Part shown: positions 29,463 to 39,590 of the stretch, piece by piece
How positions within the stretch are numbered: position 1 is the stretch's first letter
How the letters are laid out: every line of letters starts with the position of its first letter
Source: Clostridia bacterium
Lineage (GTDB): Bacteria > Bacillota > Clostridia > JAAYHZ01
Assembly (NCBI GenBank): GCA_050950825.1
Contig: JBMNIH010000003.1
Location: forward strand, 192,001 to 256,000
Reading direction: 5' to 3'
DNA: 64,000 nucleotides
Made by a program: the position numbers and the translations under genes
Notes under the pieces: model-generated
The model's input: the letters and a program-made list of their open reading frames with translations, nothing else
What the model was told of the DNA's origin: nothing
Database searches by the model: none

Positions 29463-30680
29463 AGAGGAGACGGGAACCGTTGTTTTTTTCTTTACCAATC
29501 CGGCTTCTTTAATGCCTTTTTGCACAAACTCGTTTTTCATGAACAAATCCCAAACAAGACCGCTTCGGTAATTTTCCATCATCAGCAGGCTGATGCCCTT
29601 GTCGATGCCGATTACGTCCTTGGCCGTCCAATTTAAATCCAAGTTGTAAGCATCCTGAAGGCCGTAAGGCCCGATTAAATTTTCTTGTCTGTAGTAGCGA
29701 TGAAGAGCCGCAATGGATTCTTTCGGCGTGAAAACAATAGACCCGATGGCTCCGCAGGGAGGTACCGTTCCGTTGTTTCCAAAATGAACATCCTCCGTTT
29801 TACGAGGCGGACTTCCGTACAGGGTTCCGTATCCTTTCGGTCCGTCGCAGGCCGTCAATCCCCAAGAATCCTTTCCGAATGTTTTAAAGACATGCTTAAA
29901 ATCCACGGCATACTGCCATGCCGCTTGGCTTGCGCGAACGGAGTTTTCAAACCAGTTTACGCCTTCTTGGTCGTATAGGCTTCGAAGATCAAACCACGCA
30001 TGGGTGAATTGGTAAGTAAAAAGGGCTCCGGTATAAGAATAGATAAAAGGCAAAACGGGACCGTAACCGTCTATGTACCTTTCGAAGCTATATAAGGCGC
30101 TGCCGTCCACCTTCTTCGGAGAAGCGCAGGCAAAAAAATAGATCATCAATTGCTCCGCGTAGCTGTCCCAATAGCCGAAAAAACCGGTTTCCGGCTTGTA
30201 ACCCAAACGGAACAAGCGGGAGTTTTGATCGAAAAACCACGGCCAGTCCATTCGCTCGTAAAGCCGGTACGCCTTCTCCCGTATCTTATCACCGAAAAAC
30301 TCCGCCGCCGTGACGGCACCGCACAACAATATGGCGGTATCGATAACGGAAATCTCGCACTTCCAAATCCTTTTTCCGGTGTCCGGATGCAGAAAATGAT
30401 AAAAGAATCCCTTCTCTCCTTCCGCGTTATGTAAAAAGGTATCCAAGGTTCCGGCCGCTCGCAGGTAAGCTTCTTCAAACGAAACCCATCCTCTTTTCAC
30501 GCCGATGGGAAGAGCCGACAAAGCAAAGCCCACAGCGGCTATGCTCGATACGTGAGGATTCGACGGAGCGCGGTCCCGCACCAGCCCGTAGCCGGGACTT
30601 TCGATGTCCGTATTGGCTTCTCTCCACAAGTATTCGAAGCATTTTCTGCTTTCCAGTTCTAACAAGACCTCCGTGTTCAT
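29445..30680 (-). CDS. Glucoamylase-family (alpha/alpha)6 protein, GH144-like
   Basis: SIAAVGF, GFFYHF, EISVIDTA, WDSYAEQ, SWGLTACDGP, IGIDKG. Confidence 0.75.
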   Translation of the reverse strand: MNTEVLLELESRKCFEYLWREANTDIESPGYGLVRDRAPSNPHVSSIAAVGFALSALPIGVKRGWVSFEEAYLRAAGTLDTFLHNAEGEKGFFYHFLHPDTGKRIWKCEISVIDTAILLCGAVTAAEFFGDKIREKAYRLYERMDWPWFFDQNSRLFRLGYKPETGFFGYWDSYAEQLMIYFFACASPKKVDGSALYSFERYIDGYGPVLPFIYSYTGALFTYQFTHAWFDLRSLYDQEGVNWFENSVRASQAAWQYAVDFKHVFKTFGKDSWGLTACDGPKGYGTLYGSPPRKTEDVHFGNNGTVPPCGAIGSIVFTPKESIAALHRYYRQENLIGPYGLQDAYNLDLNWTAKDVIGIDKGISLLMMENYRSGLVWDLFMKNEFVQKGIKEAGLVKKKTTVPVSSLYRAQ

Positions 30681-30749
30681 GTACGCGGTTTTCCCCCAAA
30701 AAAAAATAAAATAAAGACCTTATCAATTTTATATATTCTATACACATCC

Positions 30750-30778
30750 ATTATATGCATCGGTGTCAGAAGGGTCAA
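30750..30778 (-). promoter_or_regulatory. Sigma-A promoter of the GH144-like gene
   Basis: TTGACC-17-TATAAT just downstream of the intron 3' end. Confidence 0.7.
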
Positions 30779-30795
30779 CGAACATGTTTTACCAA

Positions 30796-32708
30796 ATCGG
30801 GTAGGAGACTACTCATTAATTGAGTAGCCGTCCTCCCACACCACCGTACGTACCGTTCGGTATACGGCGGTTCAACAAGAGTTCAATTTCTTAAGCAAGT
30901 TCAGCTATAAAGCCAGTGTATCCGCGCTTCTGAAGGCGCTCGTTCGTAATGGTTTGTGAAAGTATGGGGCTATTGGCAATTCTCCAGTAGCCTTTTCTTG
31001 TATTGGCAAATTTCCATGCTTTCTGTCTGTCCAATCCCAGTTTCACTAGATTTTGAAAACGGGTACGGATTTTCTTCCATTGTTTCCAGATACACATTCG
31101 CAGTCGCCTGCGTGTCCATTCATCCAGTGAACGTGCGAGAGATTTCATGTCCGCAATTCTGAAGTAGTTGACCCATCCTTTGATGAGTTGCTTTATCTTC
31201 TGCAGGCGAACGTCTATACTCACCCCGTTGCTCCTTGATGTTATGTTGCGTATCTTTTCCTTTAATCTCTCTACGGACTTTTTGTGTACCCGGATTCTCA
31301 CGCCTTCTTTCCCGTGATAGAATGAGAATCCAAGGAACTTTCTCTTCCACGGTCTGTCAACCGCGCTCTTCTCGCGGTTAACTCTTAACCTCAGTTTTCC
31401 TTCCAGAAATTTAGTGACACTCTGCATCGTGCGTTCAGCCGCTTTCCTGCTTCTCACATAAATATTGCAGTCATCAGCATAACGGCAGAATTTATGTCCC
31501 CTCTTCTCCAGTTCTTTATCCAGTTCGTTCAGCATAATGTTGCTTAACAGGGGACTGAGTGGTCCGCCCTGTGGGCATCCTTCTTCAGTTTCGATTACGA
31601 CCCCGTTTATCATGACGCCCGCTTTCAGATATTCCCGGATAAGCTTCAGTACCCTCTTGTCTTTTACCCTCCTTGCCACCAGCGCCATGAGTTTATCATG
31701 GTTCACAGTATCAAAATATTTCGCAAGGTCGATGTCCACTACCCAGTCATACCCTTCATTTATATATCCCTGTGCTCTTTTTATTGCTTGGTGAGCACTT
31801 CTTCCCGGCCGAAATCCAAAGCTGTTCTCCGAGAATTCAGGGTCAAATATGGATGCAAGTACTTGGGCAATGGCCTGCTGAACCATCCTGTCGACTACCG
31901 TGGGAATCCCCAGTAACCTGACTCCTCCGTCCGGTTTCGGTATCTCCACTCTCCGAACGGGCTTGGGACGATACGTCCCTGCCTTCAATTCCCCGATTAG
32001 ATTATTGCCCTTCTCTTTCAGGTATGGCAGAAGTTCATCCACCTTCATACCGTCAATTCCATGGGAGCCTTTGTTCCTTACCACCTGTTTATAGGCAGCG
32101 TTCATGTTGTTTCTACTCAATATCTTCTCGAGCAAATCAAAGGTACTTACTTCTCCATTGTCCTGTCCGTTTGTTTCCGCCGGAAGGGTTCTCCGCACTC
32201 CTGCCATATCTCGGGGTTCCACCCCTGCCTCTGGCAGGTAGTCTTCATATGAAGTTGTCTGCTCTCTACAAATCCTTCCCGAGTCCTTCAATCTTTCAGA
32301 ACCTCCTGTTGTTCGGCCCTTCCGCTCCGTTCATGACCGCTGCGTACTATGGCCTCTGCTGACTTCTGACCGTTCAGCCGTACATTGCTGCACGGGTTGC
32401 CTTGTGGAAGTTCATCCGACTCAGCGTACCGGTCAGATCTCCGCGGGTAAGCGCGCGCCCCTTCATCCCATATACCTGCTTCATTTACACCGCAAGCCTC
32501 GGATAGCATTGGACTTCGTTTTGTTATGCAAACTCGTCCGACTTGCATATGCCTCATATGAAGTTCCTGTTCGTCAGGCCGGGATTTTGCCTCCGACTTC
32601 CTTCAGATTCCACCTCACGATGGACACCCTTGTCTTTGGCTAACGGTTGGTGCTATCAACCCCCGTAACGGACTTTCACCGTCAAGGTCGCGCGCATGCC
32701 GCGCGCAC
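30796..32708 (-). mobile_element. Group IIC intron (complete)
   Basis: 5' GTGCG at 32708 directly after a terminator; domain V GAACCGCCGTATACCGAACGGTACGTACGGTGGTG; domain VI hairpin ending CCCGAT at 30796. Confidence 0.93.
30891..32291 (-). CDS. ltrA: Group II intron reverse transcriptase/maturase
   Basis: RLLGIPTVVDR, PQGGPLSPLL, RYADD, domain X (GWVNYF); no HNH endonuclease. Confidence 0.95.
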   Translation of the reverse strand: MKDSGRICREQTTSYEDYLPEAGVEPRDMAGVRRTLPAETNGQDNGEVSTFDLLEKILSRNNMNAAYKQVVRNKGSHGIDGMKVDELLPYLKEKGNNLIGELKAGTYRPKPVRRVEIPKPDGGVRLLGIPTVVDRMVQQAIAQVLASIFDPEFSENSFGFRPGRSAHQAIKRAQGYINEGYDWVVDIDLAKYFDTVNHDKLMALVARRVKDKRVLKLIREYLKAGVMINGVVIETEEGCPQGGPLSPLLSNIMLNELDKELEKRGHKFCRYADDCNIYVRSRKAAERTMQSVTKFLEGKLRLRVNREKSAVDRPWKRKFLGFSFYHGKEGVRIRVHKKSVERLKEKIRNITSRSNGVSIDVRLQKIKQLIKGWVNYFRIADMKSLARSLDEWTRRRLRMCIWKQWKKIRTRFQNLVKLGLDRQKAWKFANTRKGYWRIANSPILSQTITNERLQKRGYTGFIAELA

Positions 32709-32709
32709 A

Positions 32710-32737
32710 TAAAAAGCGGCTCGATGCGAGCCGCCTT
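32710..32737 (-). terminator. Intrinsic terminator serving as the intron target site
   Basis: GCGGCTCG-CAT-CGAGCCGC-TTTTTAT followed by GTGCG. Confidence 0.85.
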
Positions 32738-32752
32738 CAAGGGATTAAAATC

Positions 32753-33946
32753 TCAAACTCTAATTAACCCGGGATTGCTTCCCGTTAAGCATATGCCCCC
32801 TTCCTCCGTAACCAAAAACGTATTCTCCACGCCCACCATACCGATTCCCTCGAAGCCTTTTTTCGGCTCCAAGGCAATGGTCATGTTTTTTTCCAAGGGC
32901 TTTTTAAATTTGGCGGCGATCACCGGAGGCTCGTCGATCAAAAGGCCGATTCCGTGGCCCAAAAACTTGACGCTGCGATTGCCGAAGCCCATAAAGTTCT
33001 TTAAGAAGGAGGAGTCCAAGATATTCATCGTCTCCAAATACAAATCCTCCGGAAGATTGCCGGGCTTCAGCTTTTCCGCTATACGGTTCTGTATTTCCAA
33101 GCATTGTTGGTGACCTTTTACCGCGTCGTCCGGTAAAGATCCTCCGAATATGTAAGTCATGGTTTTATCGGTATGGTATCCCTCGTACCCGCAGGCCACG
33201 TCCACAAAGACCAAATCTCCTTTTCTCAGTTTACGATCTCGGCTTCCCAAAAAAGGAACCGCCGGACATAAACCGTAGTTGCCCCCGGGGCCGTCAAAAT
33301 AGGTGGGGTAGATGGAAGATTCTCCGAAACAAACATGACCTAAAACCATGTCCACGTTGTAGCCTCCGAAGCGAGCGATACCGTGGTGACCGTTTTCCAC
33401 CAAAGCTTCATATAACTTCACTGCCAAATCCGCTTCGCTCATTCCCTCTTTCAGCAAGTCGGGAACCAAATCCTCCAAAACACGGCGATGGATTTTTCCG
33501 CTGGTTTTCATCAAATCCAGCTCGTATTCGCTCTTTACCGAACGAACCGACAGGATTTGGGCGTCCATGGCGCCTAAGCGTTGATACGGAAAATATTTTC
33601 GAAAACGTTCCAATATGGACATCGGCACCGAATCCGCTTCGATATACAAGCAGTCGATGGGTTCGGAATAGTCGGTTACGGCGTCCCGATAGCTTTCCAT
33701 AGGGCGAATGTCAGGAAAGTTCGATTCGGCTACGGCCCGCTCGTAGTTTCTCCTTACGCGGTAGACGGGGTTTTCTTCCCGAGGAATTAAAAGCATACCG
33801 TCCTGCATGGTTCCGGTAAAATAGTATTGGTTGATTTTGCTGAATACGACGGCCAGCCTCCAATCCGGATAGGAAGCCGTCATTTCGGCTTTAAACCGCT
33901 CCATCCTGTTTATAAGCTCTGTTAAAGGCACTTTCTTTATATCCAT
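32753..33946 (-). CDS. M24 family Xaa-Pro peptidase
   Basis: VFVDVACGYEGYHTDKT, GHGIGL, ALEPK, GVEN. Confidence 0.88.
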   Translation of the reverse strand: MDIKKVPLTELINRMERFKAEMTASYPDWRLAVVFSKINQYYFTGTMQDGMLLIPREENPVYRVRRNYERAVAESNFPDIRPMESYRDAVTDYSEPIDCLYIEADSVPMSILERFRKYFPYQRLGAMDAQILSVRSVKSEYELDLMKTSGKIHRRVLEDLVPDLLKEGMSEADLAVKLYEALVENGHHGIARFGGYNVDMVLGHVCFGESSIYPTYFDGPGGNYGLCPAVPFLGSRDRKLRKGDLVFVDVACGYEGYHTDKTMTYIFGGSLPDDAVKGHQQCLEIQNRIAEKLKPGNLPEDLYLETMNILDSSFLKNFMGFGNRSVKFLGHGIGLLIDEPPVIAAKFKKPLEKNMTIALEPKKGFEGIGMVGVENTFLVTEEGGICLTGSNPGLIRV

Positions 33947-34098
33947 ATCTCTTCATTCCTTGCGTATTTTGCATCCATTATAGCCGGATTGGGCCTGCAG
34001 TGCAAGGCAAAAAAGAATGCACAATACGATTCCCGCTTCATATATTAATAATATATCGACAGTTTGAATGATGAAAAAATGTAAAGGAGTAAACTTTT

Positions 34099-35517
34099 AT
34101 GCTGATACATGTCGTTGAAGCCGGTGACACGTTATGGCAGCTGGCGAATCTATATCGTGTAACCGTCGACTCCATCGTTGAGACCAATAGGCTTGAAAAT
34201 CCCAACCGATTGGTCATCGGACAATCCTTGGTAATCCCTACCCAAGGCGCCGTATATACGGTCGGAAGGGGAGATACCTTGTTCACCATATCAAGACAAT
34301 TCGGAGTAACGGTTCAAGATATCGTGGATTATAATCAAATAGAAAACCCGGACCAAATCACCCCGGGAACCGTCCTCTACATACCCCCGATCACCCATAT
34401 GGTACAGCCGGGAGAAACCTTGTTCCGCATCGCTCAAGCATACGGAGTCACTTTGCCGAACCTTTTAAAGGAAAACAATTTATCGGAAACCGCCATTTTG
34501 CAGCCGGGAGACGTAATCGTGATACCTCGAACCCAAAGGCCCTTCATCTCCGTCAACGGATACATATACTTTTTCGGGGAAGAAGCCGTTCCCATCATCG
34601 ATGAAGTAGGATACCTACTTACATACCTGAGTCCTTTCGCTTACCTCATTCGTGAAGACGGTTCCTTAGAGCCGATTGACGACAGCCCCGCCATCCGAGC
34701 GGCTTATGCCCAAAACGCCGTCCCTATGATGGCCATAACCAACTTCACCTCCACCTCTTTAGGAGAAAACTTGGCTTCCCAAGTTTTAAACAGCCCGCAG
34801 ATCCGAGGGAGGCTTATTGAAAATGTTCTTGCCATTATGCGAGAAAAAGGATATTTGGGGCTGAACGTGGACTTTGAAAACGTCCTGCCGCAAGACAGAG
34901 AAGCCTACAACACGTTTTTGCAGGAGGCCGCCGACCGTATGCACCAAGAAGGTTACTTCATATCCACCGCCGTAGCGCCGAAGGTGGGGCCGGAGCAGAC
35001 AGGTCTTTTGTACGAAGCTCACGATTACGAAGCCCACGGCCGAATCGTGGATTTCGTCATCCTTATGACCTATGAATGGGGTTATCGCTTAGGACCTCCG
35101 AGGGCAATCTCCCCGGTCAATGAAATACGGCGGGTTTTGGACTATGCCGTAACGGTAATCCCCCGGAACAAGATTTATTTAGGCTTTCAAATTTATGCGC
35201 GGGATTGGACCCTTCCCTTTGTCCAAGGCCGCCAAGCAAGAACATTCAGCCCGCAAGAAGCCATGAACCTTGCCGTAAGGTATAATGTGCCGATCCTGTA
35301 CGATGTAGCCGCCCAATCTCCCTTTTTCCGATATACCAACGCCCAAGGACAGCGCCACGAGGTGTGGTTCGAGGACGCCAGAAGCGCCCAAGCCAAGTTC
35401 AACCTGGCAAAAGAATACCGCTTAGGCGGAATCAGCTACTGGTCCTTAGGATACGATTACCCGCAAAATTGGGTCTTGCTCAATGACAACTTCATCATAC
35501 GCAAATTGCTCGGATAA
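34099..35517 (+). CDS. LysM-GH18 spore cortex hydrolase (YaaH/SleL-like)
   Basis: Three LysM repeats; GLNVDFE, MTYEWG, GISYWSLG. Confidence 0.88.
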   Translation: MLIHVVEAGDTLWQLANLYRVTVDSIVETNRLENPNRLVIGQSLVIPTQGAVYTVGRGDTLFTISRQFGVTVQDIVDYNQIENPDQITPGTVLYIPPITHMVQPGETLFRIAQAYGVTLPNLLKENNLSETAILQPGDVIVIPRTQRPFISVNGYIYFFGEEAVPIIDEVGYLLTYLSPFAYLIREDGSLEPIDDSPAIRAAYAQNAVPMMAITNFTSTSLGENLASQVLNSPQIRGRLIENVLAIMREKGYLGLNVDFENVLPQDREAYNTFLQEAADRMHQEGYFISTAVAPKVGPEQTGLLYEAHDYEAHGRIVDFVILMTYEWGYRLGPPRAISPVNEIRRVLDYAVTVIPRNKIYLGFQIYARDWTLPFVQGRQARTFSPQEAMNLAVRYNVPILYDVAAQSPFFRYTNAQGQRHEVWFEDARSAQAKFNLAKEYRLGGISYWSLGYDYPQNWVLLNDNFIIRKLLG

Positions 35518-35580
35518 TACCGGTTCTCTTTTAGCCGCTTTTCCTCCTTTAAACGGCCGATCCTTTTACCCGATCGGCCG

Positions 35581-36129
35581 TTACTTTGCTCCGAAGACTC
35601 TTTCCACGGTTTCCTTCAGCTCCCGATACATGGGATAGTCCTCAATTCCAAAGAAGCATTCCAAAAGACTCCGATAATACCGTTTTTGTTTTTCGTAAGG
35701 AGCGTTGAAAACATCCCATATCTTCTCCCCTATTCTTTTGTAATCCGCCTCCGTACTTTTAATATTGTGCAGCTTGTCGGCGCATACAATTTGCTTGATC
35801 TTTACATCCGCCTTATTTTTTAAAAAATAAAGGGTGTTCTCCTTTCTTACTTCCCAAGTGACATTCGGCACATGACGGTTGCTTTCTCCTGCTCCCTCCA
35901 CCAACCGTGCCACTTCTTTACCGAACATATTTTCAATATCCGAAAGGGTAAGGTCCGTATCTTCCACGGTATCGTGCAAAATACCGGCGGTTATTACCTC
36001 CATACTGCACCCGTTTTCCGCCAAAATGGCGCCGACGCCCAAAGGATGGAAGATATACGGGATGCCGGATCCTTTTCGTTTTTGTCCCTTATGAGCTTCC
36101 GCCGCAACGCAAATCGCTTTTTCTAACAC
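35581..36129 (-). CDS. HD-domain small alarmone hydrolase (Mesh1-like)
   Basis: AHKGQKRK..PYIFHP, LHDTVEDT, ADKLHN; no synthetase domain. Confidence 0.8.
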   Translation of the reverse strand: MLEKAICVAAEAHKGQKRKGSGIPYIFHPLGVGAILAENGCSMEVITAGILHDTVEDTDLTLSDIENMFGKEVARLVEGAGESNRHVPNVTWEVRKENTLYFLKNKADVKIKQIVCADKLHNIKSTEADYKRIGEKIWDVFNAPYEKQKRYYRSLLECFFGIEDYPMYRELKETVERVFGAK

Positions 36130-36240
36130 GGAATGCCTCCTTTTTAAAAATGTCACATTTAAAAAGTTTCAATCGATTACATATATTTTACTCGAATTTT
36201 GGACAAACTAAAAAAGAAAAGTTTCAAAGGAGGAGTTTTT

Positions 36241-36405
36241 ATGGATGCACCTAGAATAACGGTCAAATGCAGCGTTGAAAATTGCCATTACAACAAACAA
36301 CGCTTATGCTATGCCGATACTTTGGAAGTCAATGCCATGCACGGGAAGAAAAACGCCGAAACCAGTGACGAAACTCGTTGCACCACATTCGTGGAACATC
36401 GCTAA
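36241..36405 (+). CDS. DUF1540-type small Cys-rich protein
   Basis: VKCSVENCHYN...C...ETRCTTF; AAGGAGG RBS. Confidence 0.8.
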   Translation: MDAPRITVKCSVENCHYNKQRLCYADTLEVNAMHGKKNAETSDETRCTTFVEHR

Positions 36406-36495
36406 CGCCGCCTTTCTGTAAAAAGGACGAGATACATCTTCGTCCTTTTTTATGCAATAAAAAAACCATAAGCAATTTTCACTTATGGTAAACAT

Positions 36496-36686
36496 ATTCC
36501 AAAGCACCGCTGCCAACATTTTGATCCCTATCTTGCGATAGGTGGGTTTTCTCAGGGAAGTTTCTATCTTCCTCCGTCCGCATGCGGTATTTTTTACGAG
36601 GCCTGATATACGCTTCCTACATTATTTGAAATCCCGTTTAAATGATGTAGGTTCAAAATAAAGGCTCCGCGAATGCTTCAGAACTT
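36496..36686 (-). ncRNA. ssrS: 6S RNA
   Basis: Closing stem GUUCUGAAGCAUUCGC/GCGGUGCUUUGGAAU, UUGAACC...ACCCACCU...GGGAUCAA motifs, ~190 nt; TTGACT-16-TATAAT extended promoter at 36695-36722. Confidence 0.82.
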
Positions 36687-36758
36687 ACACCGTTATTATA
36701 TCAAAACTACGGCCAAAGTCAACAGGGAATTTTTTGTCGTTTTTCATGTTTTTATGTT

Positions 36759-37667
36759 TTATTCTCCTTTCGGCTTGAGCTTCTCCAAAAGAAAATCCAA
36801 ACGGACGGCTTTTTCAGGATACAGCATCTCCTCAAACAAATCCCCGGTTTTGGCCAAACGCTCACGGATATTCAACAAAGTAAAATCTTCCGGTCTTGCC
36901 CCCTCCTCCAGCTCCTTCCATGTAAGGGGCGCCGCCACGGTGGCAAAAGCCGTAGCCCGTGGCGAGTAGGGGCAGATGACCGTTTTTCCCTGCCAAAGCT
37001 GCAAATAATCGAAGTACAGCTTTTTCCCTCTCTTTTTTACGTTTCGTTCCACGGTAAAAAGATCCGGATATTTTTCACTAAAATAGGTACCGAAAAATTC
37101 GTTAATTAATCGGGCTTGGTTGTAATCGTATCGCCCTGCAACAAAGATATAGATTTGAAGTCCGGTTGCTCCGGAAAGTTTTACATGGCTTCGAATATTC
37201 AGACCTTCCAAGGTTTCTCGAATCAACAAAGCGGCTTTGGCTACATCTTCAAAGGTTTGGCCTTCCGACGGGTCCAAATCAAAGACCAAAGCGTCGGGAT
37301 GATTCTCTTTTCCTTTTTCGAAGGAAACATGAAATTCCAAGGCCGCCATATTCCCTAGCCACACCAAGGTTTCCAAATCGTTTAATAAAACGTATTCGTT
37401 GTCGTTCCGAATTCTTGTGGATATATAATCGGGGGCATGGTCCGGTATGTTTTTGCGGTAAAAGGATTTTCCGTCGATACCGTCCGGATAACAGATCGTT
37501 GTCAAAAGCCGGTCCTTGGCATGCCGAATTAAATATTCGGATAAAAAGGCCAATTTTTCAATGTATATTCCTTTCGTAATGCCAAGATCCTTCCAAAGCG
37601 GCTTGTCCGGATTGCCGATAAGAATGGTTTTTCCGTTAATCTCAACGGACCCCGTTGTTTTACTCAT
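36759..37667 (-). CDS. ligD: NHEJ LigD polymerase (primase-polymerase) domain protein
   Basis: NPDKPLW, FDLDP, SGATGLQ, LYFDYLQ, PYSPRA. Confidence 0.88.
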   Translation of the reverse strand: MSKTTGSVEINGKTILIGNPDKPLWKDLGITKGIYIEKLAFLSEYLIRHAKDRLLTTICYPDGIDGKSFYRKNIPDHAPDYISTRIRNDNEYVLLNDLETLVWLGNMAALEFHVSFEKGKENHPDALVFDLDPSEGQTFEDVAKAALLIRETLEGLNIRSHVKLSGATGLQIYIFVAGRYDYNQARLINEFFGTYFSEKYPDLFTVERNVKKRGKKLYFDYLQLWQGKTVICPYSPRATAFATVAAPLTWKELEEGARPEDFTLLNIRERLAKTGDLFEEMLYPEKAVRLDFLLEKLKPKGE

Positions 37668-38608
37668 AACAAGTCCTCTCCTTCGATGACCGCTTCTTTT
37701 GCAGGAGAAGCGGAAAAGCCCGAAAGGACGGGATGGCGCATGACGCCATCCGTTGTCCATTCCAAAAACCGTACGCGGCAAGTCAGTAAAGGCCGAAACC
37801 ACCAAACGGAAGAAGGAGAAGAGGCCATCTCTTGAAAAGGGCTTTCCTCTTGCCTTAGTTTTTCTTTGTTCCGGAAAAGAAAGTCTTTATCCGATTCCTT
37901 TAAGCCCGTCGCCACGTTCCCGATATATACAAGCTTTCCTTGGTCGTATCCTCCTAAAATCAAAGCATTCGGATATCCTTGCTTCAATGTAACACCGCAG
38001 ACAACCGCCAGAAGGCTTTTTTCGTTCTTGACCTTAAACCAGCTTTCGTGGTTTTTACCCTTTGCATAAATGCTGTTTATATCCTTCGTGACGATGCCCT
38101 CCAAGCCTTTTTGCTTTGTAAACGCAAAAAGAGCTTTTCCGTCCCTAAAATCATCGGTAATCACAATGTTTTCATTTCGGGTAAATGACGAACGAAGGAT
38201 TTCGTTTCTTTCAGCCCAAGGCTTTCCCCGAAGATCCTCTCCGTTTAATGACAAAATATCAAACAAGATATATTTCACCGGGTATTCCTTTATATAACGA
38301 TCCAAGTATCTCGTGCTTTTTAATTGATCCCGCTTTAAGACCTTTCGAAAGGAAGGCTTCAATCCGTCAAAGACAACCAACTCTCCGTCAAATACCCCTT
38401 TTTCCGCTTTGACCGAATCCGCCAAGCTTTCCGTTTCCGGATAGAAACCGGTTCGCTCCCTTCCGGATTTATTGAAAATCCGGACCCTTCGGTCCTCCAT
38501 CACGGCGATTCCACGGATTCCGTCCCATTTGATTTGATGAACGTAGTTTTCCCCCTCCCGTATCCGGCGGATAAGCACAGGCTCCATGGGCTCATACCAT
38601 TGTTTCAT
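37664..38608 (-). CDS. NHEJ ATP-dependent DNA ligase domain protein
   Basis: KWDGIR, FDGELV, EGIVTK, WFKVK; OB domain (MRHP). Confidence 0.9.
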   Translation of the reverse strand: MKQWYEPMEPVLIRRIREGENYVHQIKWDGIRGIAVMEDRRVRIFNKSGRERTGFYPETESLADSVKAEKGVFDGELVVFDGLKPSFRKVLKRDQLKSTRYLDRYIKEYPVKYILFDILSLNGEDLRGKPWAERNEILRSSFTRNENIVITDDFRDGKALFAFTKQKGLEGIVTKDINSIYAKGKNHESWFKVKNEKSLLAVVCGVTLKQGYPNALILGGYDQGKLVYIGNVATGLKESDKDFLFRNKEKLRQEESPFQEMASSPSSVWWFRPLLTCRVRFLEWTTDGVMRHPVLSGFSASPAKEAVIEGEDLL

Positions 38609-38609
38609 A

Positions 38610-39410
38610 TTATCCCGTGCTTCTTTTCTTTTTGGTTTTCTTTTGGGTTTCCTTCAAGCTTGCCTGAAGCGCTTCCATAATATCCACCACGTTGCTTTGG
38701 ACGGCGGAAGGAGCGGTTTGGATCTCTTGACCTTCCACCTTCTTTCGGATCAAATCCAACAAATCCTCTCGATAGGTGTTCACGTATTTTTTAGGATCGA
38801 ACGTCTCCGTCAAGTTTTCAATCAGCTTTTTAGCCATATCCAATTCCTTATCCACAACCTCTTGGTCCGAAGGTACATCGGGAACCAAAGAAATCTCGCG
38901 GACCTCATCCGGGTAAAAAATGGTTTCCAAGACCAATACGTCCTTGTACACCCGCAAGGCGGCCAAGCTTTCCTTGTTTCGAATAACGATTTTTGCAATA
39001 GCGATTTTCCCGGTGTCGCTCATGGCTTTTCGCAACAGCTTGTAGGCTTTTCCTCCCGTTTCCCGTGGGGACAGGTAATAGGTTTTATCAAAGTAGATGG
39101 GGTCGATTTCCGATAACTGCACAAAATCCAGGATTTCAATGGACTTTTCCTTTTTTTCATTTTCCAAGGCGGAAAAGTCTTCGTCCGTTACCAATACGAA
39201 CTTTCCCGGCTCGTACTCGTAACCTCTGACAATTTCTTCGTCTTTGATCTTCTTGTTGCACGTAGGACAAACCTTTTCATACTTGACGGGAGTGTTGCAT
39301 TCCTTATGCAAATACTTGAACCGAACGTCTCGATCCTCCGTAGCCGCAAACATACGAACCGGTATGTTGACCAACCCGAAGCTTACGGATCCTTTCCACA
39401 TTGTATGCAT
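38610..39410 (-). CDS. ku: Ku protein
   Basis: WKGSVSFGLVNIPV, IDPIYFDKTYYL, VVDIMEALQASL. Confidence 0.95.
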   Translation of the reverse strand: MHTMWKGSVSFGLVNIPVRMFAATEDRDVRFKYLHKECNTPVKYEKVCPTCNKKIKDEEIVRGYEYEPGKFVLVTDEDFSALENEKKEKSIEILDFVQLSEIDPIYFDKTYYLSPRETGGKAYKLLRKAMSDTGKIAIAKIVIRNKESLAALRVYKDVLVLETIFYPDEVREISLVPDVPSDQEVVDKELDMAKKLIENLTETFDPKKYVNTYREDLLDLIRKKVEGQEIQTAPSAVQSNVVDIMEALQASLKETQKKTKKKRSTG

Positions 39411-39590
39411 GGCGATACTCCCTTTCATAATAATTTTTACGTAAAAAGATTTAACGCATTTTTCGTATTTATAGGTTTTGTTTCACGAATACTTTTTATA
39501 CCCTTCCAAACAATGATATAATGGTTTAAAAAATCGGCAATCATCATCGTAAATATATCGAAAAACACCATACCAAAAGGAGAGAAGAAC

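Noticed and set aside
30891-32291. RT as a retron, DGR or defence RT
   Set aside because: It has maturase domain X and is flanked by canonical group II intron 5' end and domains V/VI
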